Assembly: GCA_040954595.2 (NCBI GenBank)
Contig: CM082588.2
Span: 12,413,398-12,477,397 of the forward strand
Direction: 5' to 3'
Origin: Balanoglossus misakiensis
Taxonomy: Eukaryota; Animalia; Hemichordata
Length of the DNA: 64,000 nt
A model generated the notes under the pieces. That model was not told where the DNA came from and made no database searches. It saw nothing but the letters and a program-made list of their open reading frames with translations. Shown in pieces: positions 38,432 through 50,551 of the stretch. A program made the position numbers and the translations under genes. Every line of letters starts with the position of its first letter. Position 1 is the stretch's first letter.

Positions 38432-39945
38432 GGGGAGAGCCACCTCGTACCCGCCCATTTAAATTGCAATAAAACAGAGTGTTATTGTCCACTATGAATT
38501 ATGAGGCTTTTCTATGAGCAGAGCCATTCAATGAAATTAAACATGGTGACCATATGATTTTATCTGACCACGGAATATAATTTCTATTGATGGAGCCATT
38601 TGAATTTTTGTTTATACATGAAAATAGCAATACTGGAAGTAAGTAAGCATTATATCCCATGTTCTATGTCACTCACGTGGCTATATGGGCCAGTTCATGT
38701 GATAACAAACATAATTAATGGGAAAATGGCAGCGAGAGAGAGACTTTGTCCCTTTAATTCTTGAGTTGATTGGCGAGCCGCCTTCGATTCGATCAGGATG
38801 ACCTCCAATCACAAAGTGTATATCAATACATGTGACACTAGGACCCTGAGAACTAACCAGGGGTAAGGGAAAAGGTAGCCCTTAGAAACAAATTTGGTAA
38901 GGTTACACCTGACATGTTGAAAGATGTGCCCCCGGGACATGCCCCACCTTAGGTTGACACCAGAGTTTCACAAGAAAGTTGTGTATGACACAAATAGGGA
39001 AAATTCCCCCGTACTTACTATTCATCAGACAGTTTTATGAGTAGTAACAATAGGAGCCGTGGGGTAAATGCCAAAAGAAGTTGCCCTCCTTGTCCTAGGG
39101 CAGGCGAATATGACAACAGCAGATCACATAGCATTCGTAGGAAGGAGGGGATTCAACCCACACTTTCTTATTGGTGTTGGGAAAATGATGCCCTTGAACC
39201 CATGCCCAGAAACACTTTCCGATCAAGGTATGATCCAAGTCTGGGTGAAGGAGGGCCTTGGGGACAGGATGTTTTCAGTTATGGGGAGGCATGGGATAGG
39301 GACAATTTCGACACTTTTGCCACGTGCAGTACAGAGGGGATGCGATCAGAACCATTATCCTGGAGAGTTTGCAGGGACGTTCCATCAATATGAACTGGAA
39401 GGGTTTACCAGATATTTTACGCCACCTGCACCCCCATATTCAATGAGGCCCACACCGAACCCAGCTAGTCCATACAACCAACAGTATGAATCACCACCTC
39501 ATGCTGGGCGTAGCCATAGGCTATACATGCCTGCCGGTATCGAAGACAATTATGAGTATTGGTAGCAGACCCCTCTTGAGAATGAATCATGGTTCCACCC
39601 TTATGGTATAAAGTAAGATTACTCCATGCTAATAAATGACAATATTAGAATGAAAGTACATTCCAAGTGACTTGTTGGGAGCATCGGGCCACTTAATCCC
39701 AAAAAATTGCAATCGGCCTGATTTTCAGTTAACCAATCTAAAGCCCAACTTTTCGTGTATTTAGTTGGGTTTCTAAAACTAACAAATTTTTTGACAATAT
39801 TAATGGCATGATGAACACTACTCTCATCAAATCAAATAATGTTGTGTCGTCCACAACTGGTGTAATTTTTATGTGTTTGGAATCGTAGACACCATTTATC
39901 TTTTAGTCAACTCTAAATCTAATATAACAGTCGTGAAAATTGCTA
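38432..39945 (+). repeat. 1514-bp tandem duplication of 32886-38431 without the HINE cluster; includes a partial Ngaro A repeat (38429-38493) and a second orphan-exon copy (39029-39565)
   Basis: ORF twins 37523/39037; junction microhomology CTA. Confidence 0.9.
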
Positions 39946-41558
39946 TGACAAACAAAAAATGAAGTGCTGACAGGGGACACCCTTGTCAGATCCCTTTGGA
40001 TGGATAACATTTAGAGAAGACATTGCCATTTTTCAAACATCTAGTATGTGATTACACATAGTTTTAACCCTAACGCTGCCAAGTCAGTTTGATATCCAGG
40101 GTGCCTAGAATCCTGGCTCCCAGGCCTGTTAGGCTGCCAAGGGCGTGTTACGCAGTAGGGCCTATACAAGACCCTCAAACCAAACCAGAGCAAACCAGTA
40201 CGATTTAGTACATTTAAGGGGGGCTTAGACTGCCAAGTGTGTCTAAGTTATGAGAGCCATGGCAAGACAGTCAAAATACGTTTAGGAAGAAAAAATGGCA
40301 AATACATATTTTAAGGGACTTGACACTCTAAACAGGTATGACACCTAGTAGCATTAGGGTTAAAATATAGCTGCAAGCCAAAATGGTCATCTGAGGTCAC
40401 CCGAAATTTGGGCAAAAATTTTTTGACCCCATACTGGTCCAGGTCCATCAGAAACCAAACCTTCAGCCCTATTGGTTCGCCTGGAATTAGGTATGCACAT
40501 AATTAATAAGTTAAGCAGTTGTACAGGTGACCTCAAAATTCGGCTTTTCATTTTAGTCCCATCCCTCGAAATGCTAAGGCTGTACCTGCTCTGGAGGCCG
40601 AGATATGAGAAAGAAGATCACCTGAGGTCACACAGAGGTGTATAACACTGTCCATGATTTCAAGAGAAAAACATGAACGCAGCCCAGGCAGATCGGTCAC
40701 TGTATGTGGCGATATCTTTCTAAGTATTTCACTCAACTTGTACAGACGATGGCATGCTGTCTTCTGGAATGTGCTTGTAACGTCCCACATCAAAATTTTC
40801 CGAAGTTGCCGCTCCATAGTGTCGAAAATCACCAAAGTCTACGTGTAAACAAATCAGCGAATGATACTCACTTGCGAACTTCGCGGGATATGCAAATTTA
40901 TTTCTGAGCATGTGCAGTACGTCTCCATTTATGGAGTGAACAGGGACTGATGGTGATTGCTGGCAAGCTGCAGTGAACACTGGCTGTCCAGGACCTTTAT
41001 AATATAGACCAGAATGCCATAATAGATGTGATAGCTTCATTGTACAGGTATAGGCCTATGGCTATGTCACATGACTAATTAACTATTAATTGTTGGGGTC
41101 ACATCCACAAGGCCTCGTCCACAGTGCCAAGTTTGAGATTGCTACATTGAGTCCTTCATGCTTGAATACAATGTTGTCATAGCCTTTTTGTAAATTTGGC
41201 CCTTATATGGTCATCATGTCACGTGACAAATTATATATTCACGGATTAGGCACTTGTCTCCTCATTGGCCCCGTCCACTGTGCCATGGTTAAAATTTGTA
41301 CATTGAGTCCTTCATGCTTGAATATGGTGTTGTCATAGTTTATTTGTAAATTTTGCCCTTATATGGTCATCATGTCACGTGACTAATTATACATTCACGG
41401 GTTAGGTACATGTCCACTCATTGCCCCATCCACTGTGCCAAGTTTGAGGTTTGTTCATTGGGTCCTTCATACTTGATTATTACACCTCACTCTGTATTCT
41501 GTAGTCTTGATTGGCTGAAACCGTACCACGTGACATAGAAAAAAAACGTGATATTACA

Positions 41559-42719
41559 TAGTGCAGGAGCTAACCCCACATTTTGGCATAATTGTGCAAT
41601 TTGGGTTAAAAGCATAAAACTTGGTACACTTATGCATTGACCCGTGGCGGCCGTTTTCTGATATGGATCCAAAATTACAGCGCCCTCTAGTGGCCAGAAA
41701 AGACATTCATACTTAAAAATTGTGCACTTTGGGTTAAAAGCATGAAATTTGGTACAATTATTCATTGACCCATGGCGGACATTTTCCAATATGGATCCCA
41801 AAAGACAGCGCCCTCTAGTGGCTAGAAACTGACATTTACACTTTTCCCTCCATTAATGACACTTTTTGGGCAAGTTTAACACTCAGAGACAGGAATGTGG
41901 GTTGTAAAACATGCTTGCTCCCATACATTCCTTTGAATATTATCCTAATCCTGATGTACATGCATCAGATCAATCTTGTATGTTACTAATTGAACGATTT
42001 GTTCTTCGAAATAACAACCAGTTCAATACACAAAGTCATGCAAAGGGGTAATACAACACCTCTTCTCCAGAAAGTCAAGGGTTCTCGAGAATACAGGCAG
42101 CATCTAAAGAACATGTGCTGTGAGAAACCTAGCAAAGCTATATCAAACCAACAGAATCCCAGTGGAAATCAAGTTGGACAACTCTTAGTCAAGCCCAAGA
42201 AAAGAGTCAACCTCAGGAAATCAGTGGCCAAAAGTCATGCACATGATTCTGTAGGTGCTTTAGGTCTAGTCTGACAGCAGTGGTCATTGTTACTGTGAAG
42301 GAAGATGTAATCAAGATTGATCTGATACATGTATATCAGGATTAGGATAATATACACATGAATGTATGGTAGCAAGCATGTTTTACAACCCACATTCCTG
42401 TTTCTGAGTGTTACAAATGACCAAAAAGTGCCATTAATGGGGGAAAGTGTGAATGTCAGTTTCTGGCCACAAGAGGGCGCTGTCATTTGGATCCATATCA
42501 GAAAATGGCCGCCATGGGTCAATGCATAAGTGTACCAAGTTTCAGGCTTTTAACCCGAAGTGCACGGTTTTTAAGTATGAATGTCTGTTTCTGGCCACTA
42601 GAGGGCGCTGTCATTTTGGATCCATATCAGAAAATGGCCGCCATGGGTCAATGCATAAGTTTACCAAGTTTCATGCTTTTAACCCAAAGTGCACGATTTT
42701 TTTGTTAACTGCCCCACTA
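41559..42719. mobile_element. hAT-like MITE copy 3
   Basis: TAGTG...CACTA; right flank CTAGAGGG occurs without the MITE at ~62772. Confidence 0.85.
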
Positions 42720-42768
42720 CTAGAGGGCTCCTAAACCTCCCTAATATTTGACGTTTTCACTCCTACAG

Positions 42769-43000
42769 GACTGCGCAGCTGGAAGTTACAGTTCAGCATG
42801 TTCTGAAGCATGCACGCTGTGTCCAAGGGTTTCATGTGTGGAACAGCCAGCCTCTCATCACCAACACAATGCGACAGGGATATTTTGCCAACAATGGAAG
42901 TATAGACTGTACGCCTTGTCCTGCCCTGGGTATAAGTGCCAATATGATGGTATGTCGGAGCCAGAGGTGTGTGAAGATGGATACTACACTAATATAGAGG
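42769..43000 (+). pseudogene. Cys-rich (GCC2/GCC3, ephrin-receptor-like) exon, frameshifted
   Basis: tacag|..|gtgagt; CAAGSYS..CTLCP, GYFAN, CTPCP, GYKC, CEDGYY. Confidence 0.75.
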
Positions 43001-43265
43001 GTGAGTCAGCACTTAAAGTTTGGGCATTACTGTGTAATCTTTCACTTAAGGCGGACGATCATCTTATGTGCATGTGCATTATTCTGTGCGTACAAACATT
43101 ACGTCCAGTCTAAATATTCTGCCAATTTTACATCCAATGCATTCAAATAGTGGACTGCTTCGCTTTCATCCAGTTTTCATGTGCATCGTATAAGTAGACT
43201 TTTGTTTTGTCCCGTCTTTTCACCGAATTTGCTCTTGGTGTGTTAATTCTTTGTTTGATTTACAG

Positions 43266-43399
43266 ATCAGCCGGTGCTGAACAGTGTACTATTTGTGAGC
43301 AAGGGTACGCCTGCACAGATCCCAGTGCATCGCAATTCAAGTATACCAAGGGTTACGTGTCATTGGCTAGTGCAGCAAACTGTACCAGATGTACAAATG
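43266..43399 (+). pseudogene. Cys-rich exon
   Basis: tacag|..|gtaag; CTICEQGYAC..GYVS..CTRC. Confidence 0.7.
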
Positions 43400-43506
43400 G
43401 TAAGATTGTGGTACTTGTTCAGTTTGCTGTGTGATGAAACTGAGGGGTATGTCTGTATGCATGTATATGTTTACAACAGATTTTCAAGTCAGTGCGACTG
43501 GGGTTA

Positions 43507-43545
<39 letters not shown>

Positions 43546-43546
43546 G
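43507..43546. repeat. (TG)n/(TGTA)n microsatellite
   Basis: Direct inspection. Confidence 0.9.
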
Positions 43547-43594
43547 TTTACAACAGATTATCAACTCAGTGCGAGATCTTGCGAGACTTGGTTA

Positions 43595-43786
43595 TAGTGC
43601 AGGAGCTAAACCCCACATTTTGGCATAATTGTGCACTTTGGGTTAAAAGCATAAAACTTGGTACACTTATGCATTGACCCGTGGTGGCCGTTTTCTGATA
43701 TGGATCCAAAATTACAGCGCCCTCTAGTGGCCAGAAAAAGACATTCATCCTTAAAAATTGTGCACTTTGGGTTAAAAGCATGAAAT
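43595..43786. mobile_element. Left-arm fragment of the hAT-like MITE
   Basis: Starts TAGTGCAGGAGCTAA and matches the first ~190 bp of the full copies. Confidence 0.8.
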
Positions 43787-43999
43787 AAAAGCATGAAATT
43801 AGCCATGTGAGATCTCGCAGAGTCTTATGATATTCAGAAAATGGTTGATTAGAAATGACGTTTAATGTCCTCCAAACAATTTTCTACATGCCTGTATACT
43901 TGTCTCAGAATTATGAAGTGAATCATCTCAAGTAATTTGTTATTTTAAATGACACTGTATCACAAATACTTCACTAAAAACCTCATTTTCTTTAATCAG

Positions 44000-44197
44000 A
44001 TGAAATAAGTGAGGAGCCTGCACGCACATCCCGTCCTCTGTGCCCTGCTGGACAATCGTGTTCAGATCCAATGTAAGATCCGCTTGACTGTGGCAATGGT
44101 GAATCTGCTATGGAAGGCGATGGCACATGCACGCCTTGTCCAGCAGGATCCAAGTGTCCAACCATGTCACCCGTAGTGGATTGTTCAACAGTTACTG
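44000..44197 (+). pseudogene. Cys-rich exon with an in-frame TAA
   Basis: tcag|..|gtaag, 198 nt, phase 1-1; LCPAGQSCSDPM*..CTPCPAGSKCP. Confidence 0.75.
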
Positions 44198-44985
44198 GTA
44201 AGTTGGGCTGCAAATCACTCTTGTGACTTCCCTGTGTTATAGCATGACATACACAGAAAATTAAACTGGTATGCTCATTGGAGTTGATATTGTGATGCAC
44301 TTTGAAAAACACAATGATTCCACTGAAGAGGTATTGTACAGTAACACCTGTGATTACGGACATCTCTCTAATAAGGGATCGTTGGACCAAACCAATCGTT
44401 CTTTGAATTTTTTCTGTGATAGGTTCATACTCGCTAGGTTCGGCCACGTCCTTCTGGTTATGAATGCACAACTACAAGTGTCACACAGTGCGCTACAGGG
44501 CAGTAAAGTGTTGAAGGAGGTAAGTCTTGAAATCTCTTTTCTACTGGTCTCGATTTGAACATGGTTCCACAAGTTGTTTACATCACTTTGTGAAAACACA
44601 CCACGCTGGATTGAGGTAGAAGTAAGGCTTTTAATACCCGAACAAGAAACTCGCTTAACAAAACTTAATAAATTACAGAGAAAAACACAAGTGTCAATAA
44701 ATGAACAATAAAACAAAAATACACTAGTCTAGCTATTCAAATTAAAAAACGCTAATCTAAAATTGGGAGGGGGCCCCTTCAGTCAAGCGGTCGAACCTGG
44801 CCCTGTGGGTGAATCCATCCTGACAGGCCGAAATGTGAGGGAGGTTGTGCACTTCCCGAGAGATGGGGGTCAGGATGAAATCCAAGGCCCAAAACGAAGG
44901 AAGAATGACTGAAGTTGACCCCCAAAATAAAGGGAAGTGGAATAGAGGAAATGGGGTGAGATGTTGGAAATGGTGGGAGTGGGAT

Positions 44986-45549
44986 CCTGGGGGACGGGTC
45001 GACCGTGCGAGCCCAGGTGGGAGCGTGGAATGAATGAGCCCAAGGGATCATAAAATGATGCGGCTTGGGGGGGGGGGGGTCCTGGGGGACGGGTCGACCG
45101 TGCGAGCCCAGGTGGGAGCGTGGAATGAATGAGCCCATGGGATCATAAAATGATGCGGCTTGGGGGGGAGGGGGGTCCTGGGGGACGGGTCGACCGTGCG
45201 AGCCCAGGTGGGAGCGTGGAATGAATGAGACAATGGAAAGATGTCACCCAAGGGATCATAACGTGATGCGGCTTGGGGGGAGGGGGGTCCTGGGGGACGG
45301 GTCGACCGTGCGAGCCCAGGTGGGAGCGTGGAACGAATGAGACAATGGAAAAAATGTCACCCAAGGGATCATAAAATGATGCGGCTTGGGGGGGAGGGGG
45401 GTCCTGGGGGACGGGTCGACCGTGCGAGCCCAGGTGGAAACAAGAGGAACGAATGAGACAATGGAAAGATGTCGCTCAAGGGATCATAAAATGATGCGGC
45501 TTGGGTGGGTGTGGTCCTGGGGGACGGGTCGACCATACGAGCCCAGGTG
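44986..45549. repeat. Six-copy G-rich 95-115-bp tandem repeat in the 3' region of YR element 2
   Basis: CCTGGGGGACGGGTCGACC at ~44986, 45081, 45177, 45289, 45403 and 45516. Confidence 0.9.
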
Positions 45550-45611
45550 ACATTGTGGTAAAACAAGAAAATGGAGGTAAACTTATCAGAAGGCAAGCGC
45601 GAGAAGAAACA

Positions 45612-46681
45612 CTAATGACTGGCAAGCACATGAAAAGCATGACGCAAGGAGGTCTCGGAGGTTCTAATATACAACTGGTAACAGTCACTAGACCATCTAC
45701 CTAAGTACTGAATTAGGTGATCGGGGATGCGAGGCGTAGCAGCCGTTGTTGCTGCCCCTATTCGGAAGGAATGTCCGGCGAATAGGTTGGCCTGAAGGCT
45801 GAGTCATGCCAGTACAGTACGAAGCGAAGTTATGAAAGTGTGACGGTCCATAGGGAGTCTGTCCGGCAGGAGAAACAGCGGTTCGCTCGGTGAGGCCTGC
45901 ATAAGTTGGCGGACGGTAACAAACCGAAGTAGCGTAGAGACTGGGCAAATCTGCGTATATGTTGGGAATAGGCGCAAGTCGAATCCACGACGCAATTGGT
46001 CGGTTTTGGACATCTTGATGTGGACAGACAAAAAGTTAATGTGGGTATCCGAAGAGTTGATGCTAACGTCGCCAAGGCAGAGATTGGAACTTGCATGGAA
46101 GTGTTGGGTTGTTGTGGTGAATTCACTGCAACGGAGGAATCCTAAGAATGCCAGGAGGAAGGCTGACTCTAGCAAAAGGTCAAAGTACGCGCCAAATACA
46201 CCTTGACGGAGGAGGAGACACATACGCCTGAGGATATCCGCAGTGATCAGTAAGCGTGGTCTGGTGGTAGATCCTTGCATCCTTTGAATACCCCTGAGGA
46301 CGTTTTGGAGGCGTGGCAAAGACTGGCCGGTCGGTGACAGCAAGGGGTTGTGGTGACCGTACGTGATGTAGTGATTACGGATTCCTGCCAGGTAAACCTT
46401 GATTGTACTGAATTTCAGATTGAGGTTGTCCGCACAGTGGGTAACGAAATAAACCAGCAAATCTTCAGACACAGGTGGCAGGGAAGTATGGTGTGAGACG
46501 TCTGCGAAGGCGCAAAAAGACATCCAGGCACGTACCCCAGACGTATACGATCCAGTGGTTCTTCGGCTTAGGGCTGCATCTTGGAACTTGCGTACGGCAG
46601 TGTTCAGTGGAACATTACATCTGAGGGAATCCGGCAGGGAACTGGATCGGCCGCTGGGGCTTCGTTCCAAAACCGTGGCAT
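45612..46681 (-). pseudogene. Tyrosine recombinase with a premature TGA at 45804-45806
   Basis: GFLRCSEF, SKTDQ; the frame continues after the stop as LFAGHSFRIGAAT..LGRWSSDCYQLY..LASH*. Confidence 0.9.
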
Positions 46682-48200
46682 CTGAAAACGAGAAAGGGAG
46701 TCAGCTAGAGAGTTCAGTCTACCTGGGATGTGCTTAGCGTGGAACATGAAGTTGTGTGTAGCTGCCAGGATGACCAATCGTCGCATCAATTTCATAATGC
46801 TGGGTGATTTCGAACGCCCTTTGTTGATGATGTGAACTGTGGCCGAATTGTCGCAGTGGAAGAGGATACGTTTTCGAGTCCATAGATGGCCCCATAACAG
46901 CGCTGCCACAACAATGGGGTAGAGCTCTTGGAAGGCTATTGACAATGTGGGGTCGGAATCAAGTTGAAGACTTTTGCTCCACCGATCTTGGAACCATTGG
47001 CCTGCGAAATAGCCCCCGTAGCCAATACCGCTCGCGTCAGTGTAGAGATCCATGTCGGAGGCAACTATCATGTTGGGGTCAAGAAACATGGATACGCCGT
47101 TCCAGCTCTCAAGAAAGTTGTGCCACATAGCAAGGTCTAGTCTACTTTCCGCAGAAATGGAGATATGATGGTCTTGTCTTTGATAGCTCAATTAAACGCG
47201 AAATGAACGTGCGGCCGGGGACCACAACGCGACACGCGAAGTTTAGATGGCCAAGTAGGCTCAGCAACTGCCTTTTTGTGCAGGACTTGCGGTTGAGGAA
47301 GGAAGTGAGCAGCTCGAGGATTCTGGCTAGCTTGTCGCGAGGTAAGCGCGCCTCCATTTTGACAGTGTCGAGTATGATGCCGAGATACTCCAGGGAGGTA
47401 GTTGGGCCCACAGTTTTGTGTGGGGCGATAGGGATACCGAGACGAATAAACAGCAGAGTCAGCAAAGCCATGGTGCGATCAGCATCGAAGGACGGGGGGT
47501 CAACGGTGAGGAAATCATCCAGAAGATGGAAAATGGTCTTGATGCCGTAGACGTGGTGAGCAATCCAGGATACTGCGCAAGAAAGCGAATCAAAGATCTT
47601 CGGGCTAGAACGCGAACCGAATGGGAGAAGAACGAAGAAGTAGAATTGATCATCCCACTGGATACCATAGAGGTGCCATAGCGACGGGTGTATTGGTAAC
47701 AGTTTGAAGGCATCTACTATGTCAGTTTTGCAGAGCCACGAGCCTTTTCCTGACTTGAGGATGGAAGAAATAGCGTCGTCAATTTTAACGTAGGAAAGGC
47801 TGAATTCCTCCTTGTCAATGAGGTCATTGATGCTAGAGATCTCGGGGTCATTGCGCGGTGAGGAGAGGTCAACGATGAGACGCTTCTTTGTAGAATACTT
47901 CTTATCTGCCAGACCGATTGGACTACAACGAAAATTTGCAAATGGGGGTTGGTCGAACGGGCCAGCTAGGTACCCCTTTTGCACTTCTGTATTTATCAGT
48001 TCGGAAACTGCTCGGGGCTGAGAACGCGCTGACAATAAATTCCAGCCGAAGAAGGAAGAGGAGGGTGCATTGCGGACGCCAGTGTGAAATCCCTGTTGCA
48101 GACCCGAGATGAGGTAGTTGACAAAGGCACGGTCGGGGTGAGAGGTCAAATGGTGGGCGAGGCTGTCGATCTCAATAGGTCTGGACGGCTTGGTGGGTAG
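46604..48200 (-). pseudogene. RT/RNase H of YR element 2, frameshift at ~47180
   Basis: ORFs 47142-48149 and 46604-47191 carry consecutive RT and RH motifs. Confidence 0.9.
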
Positions 48201-49452
48201 TCAATTTTGGGGTCGCTGTTTGCCCGAGCACTTGCCCTGGGCTCTGCTGTGGTCGCCGGAGAAGCAGATTGAACAGCAATGGGCGAAGGAACAGTTATCT
48301 CTCTTGCAACCCGTGGGCGAATTGAAATTATTACAAAGTTCTTTACCCTGGTGGAAAACGCGGGGACAGCCTTTCCGGTCCTGTGATGACGATTGTGATG
48401 GTGCGGAGGAGGATTGCGATGGTGCGGAGGTAGAGTTAACCGATTTCTTGCTGCCCGGGGCAAGTTGTGGACATATCTCGGTAGCGTGGGCTACACTTCC
48501 GCAAAGGTTGCACAGGGCAGCCCGCAGCCCGGATAAAATAGAACAATATAAGGTGGTGTCCCGGCGCGACCAATCCACCTTAATGTTGTGGTTTAGCAGC
48601 AAAGCCGCGGCCCTAGCGGAAAATACACGGTGGTATTCATAAAAGGCCATGCCACTAAAACGATGCGACATGTCGACTATGTCCCTCTGGTATGAGTCCA
48701 ATTCCTCGCGGCGATTCGGATAAACCTCGCACATAACGTTCTTGTAAACCGAGAAGGCGAGAATGAATTCTTGTATTGTGAGCGAGCGAGCAACCCGTGT
48801 ATCATGCAAAGGTCGTAGCGACAGGGCCTCATCGCCGATTACAATGTGACGCTGGCTATCGTTGAAACTGTACCCCAGAATGAGGAGGCATGCCAAATTG
48901 ACATCCTTACCTGCGAAGAGAGGGTGATACCAGTTCGACGTGCGGTAAATTTTCCGAGGAAATACCGTGAGAACGGAGCAGGTCATTGGTAGCGCCAGAA
49001 TGGTTGTTGTTAGTGGCCGAGCCCCGGCCGCCATCTTGGAAAGCGTTGGTGTTTTGCTCCATAGGCGGATGTGACGTCACCGGCGATGACGTCATGGGTG
49101 CGTTGTTGCTGAACCCTGGATTTTGCTGTTCCAAAACTAAGCGCGTCAGGTTGTTGACAGAGTCTTGCAGAGATGTAAACATGGAAGTAGTTACATAATT
49201 GTTTTGCTGCTCTTGCCTACTGCCTTGGGGGACGTCGGAAAATTCAGGACTGGAACGACGATCGGCTGGAACTTCGTTGTTGTAGCCCTGAACAGAAGTC
49301 GCACAGTTCTCAGTGACCAGTCTATTCAGATCGGTGGTACTCGGCGACGCAGACACGGCATCCGGTGTCGCTGAAGAACGGGATTGAGCTCGGGTAGTCG
49401 GTCTGACGTACGGCTGAGCTGTTGGGACTCGTGATCGACGTCTGGCGGGCAT
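48201..49452 (-). pseudogene. gag of YR element 2, frameshift at ~48915
   Basis: MPARRRSR start; VSPSLR then, in a shifted frame, AGKDVNLACLL; FYEYHRVFS; CNNFN..C..C..H.C..C..H..C. Confidence 0.85.
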
Positions 49453-49804
49453 TTTTTCTTCAGTTAGAACACATAACGACGAAGAATGAAAAGGTTGAAA
49501 TGGAGGAGTTACGTAGTAAATAAAGACGACGTGACCTGGCTCAAGCAGAGAACTGAATGAAAGAGTGAATGAATGGGGAAACAAAGGACGGCCAGTCTGA
49601 CGCTAAGGGCCGTGTGCACAGGCCAAGCTGATTGGTCGGAAACGAAGCAGTAAAGGTCAGCACCAGCGGCGCTGATTGGTCGAGGAAATGGAGGAGGGGC
49701 TAGTGAAGACCACCTCGGTGTGTTCACAAAAAACATCTGTGACACAACACAGATTTTACTTGTAGTTTTACATATTTTTTGAGTTCAACAGCTATGCTAT
49801 ACAT

Positions 49805-50375
49805 GGTGTCCTGAGAAGTCGACCAGTATGAGAAGTCGGTATCTGCCAGTACGAGAAGTCGGCCTGTGGGAGAGAACCCTGGTACTTTGTGTTATATAAC
49901 TGTTTCACTACGAAATGTTTCCTTGATGTACAGGAGCTGAGATATTTGTACAAATAGCCGATGAATTTTAAAACTGTCTGTTCACTTTGCATGTACGTCA
50001 CCGGGGTACGTCAACATCAGTCACCTGCACTTCTTGCGCTGCGCCAGTAGTCTGTTCCTCGTCACGTTTGTTTGTTTGGTGTTGTCTCAAAGTATGCATA
50101 TACACATACATCTTCTATGTATTTTAGTAGGATACGGGGCTGGGGAACTGGTACGGATGCCAGACGCCATTATTTGAAATGACGCCATTGTGTTGTCAAG
50201 AATTTGGGAAATCCGTCCAAATGAAAATATTTAGTGCAATTATATTATAAGTAATCTGGGTCATCACTGCACTATTCGGGTACAAGTTCAACAACTGGCC
50301 GACTTCTCGTACTGGCCGACTTCTCATACGCGCGTACTGGCCGACTTCTAATCTGGCCGACTTCTCATGTATTCC
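49805..50375. mobile_element. MITE with subterminal tandem GAGAAGTCG motifs (MuDR/Rehavkus-like)
   Basis: GG..CC termini, inverted GAGAAGTCG/CGACTTCTC arrays, flanking direct repeat TATACAT. Confidence 0.7.
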
Positions 50376-50551
50376 TATACATTAGTGAAAATTGGGGAAA
50401 CTGGTGTTTTCAGACAACTTATGAAGTCCCTTTCGCAATATTAACTCTAAAACAGCGGGTGATATTCCTTTTAAAATTTAACCAAATAAGCATACTTGAA
50501 CTCTGTCATATCGGCAAAACACTCACTACACAAGCTGCTGTTATTCTACAG

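Larger units (their letters stand above)
18409..41558 (+). repeat. Segmental tandem duplication, unit 2
   Basis: Colinear with unit 1 and retains segments that unit 1 has lost. Confidence 0.93.
44750..49727 (-). mobile_element. DIRS/Ngaro-type YR retrotransposon family 2, degenerate (ends approximate)
   Basis: gag (GKDVNLA, Cys/His finger), RT (LPFGSRSSP, LLDDFL), RNase H (YTDAS, QELYPI, HCDN) and YR; no intact A2 repeat seen. Confidence 0.9.

Noticed and set aside
44986-45549. CRISPR-like array or hammerhead/twister ribozyme
   Set aside because: Inter-repeat sequences are homologous rather than unique spacers, there are no cas genes, and no CTGATGA/GAAA or twister core was found by eye
45804-45806. 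Programmed readthrough within YR element 2's recombinase
   Set aside because: More simply a CGA>TGA decay mutation in a copy with other lesions; family-1 YR has no such stop
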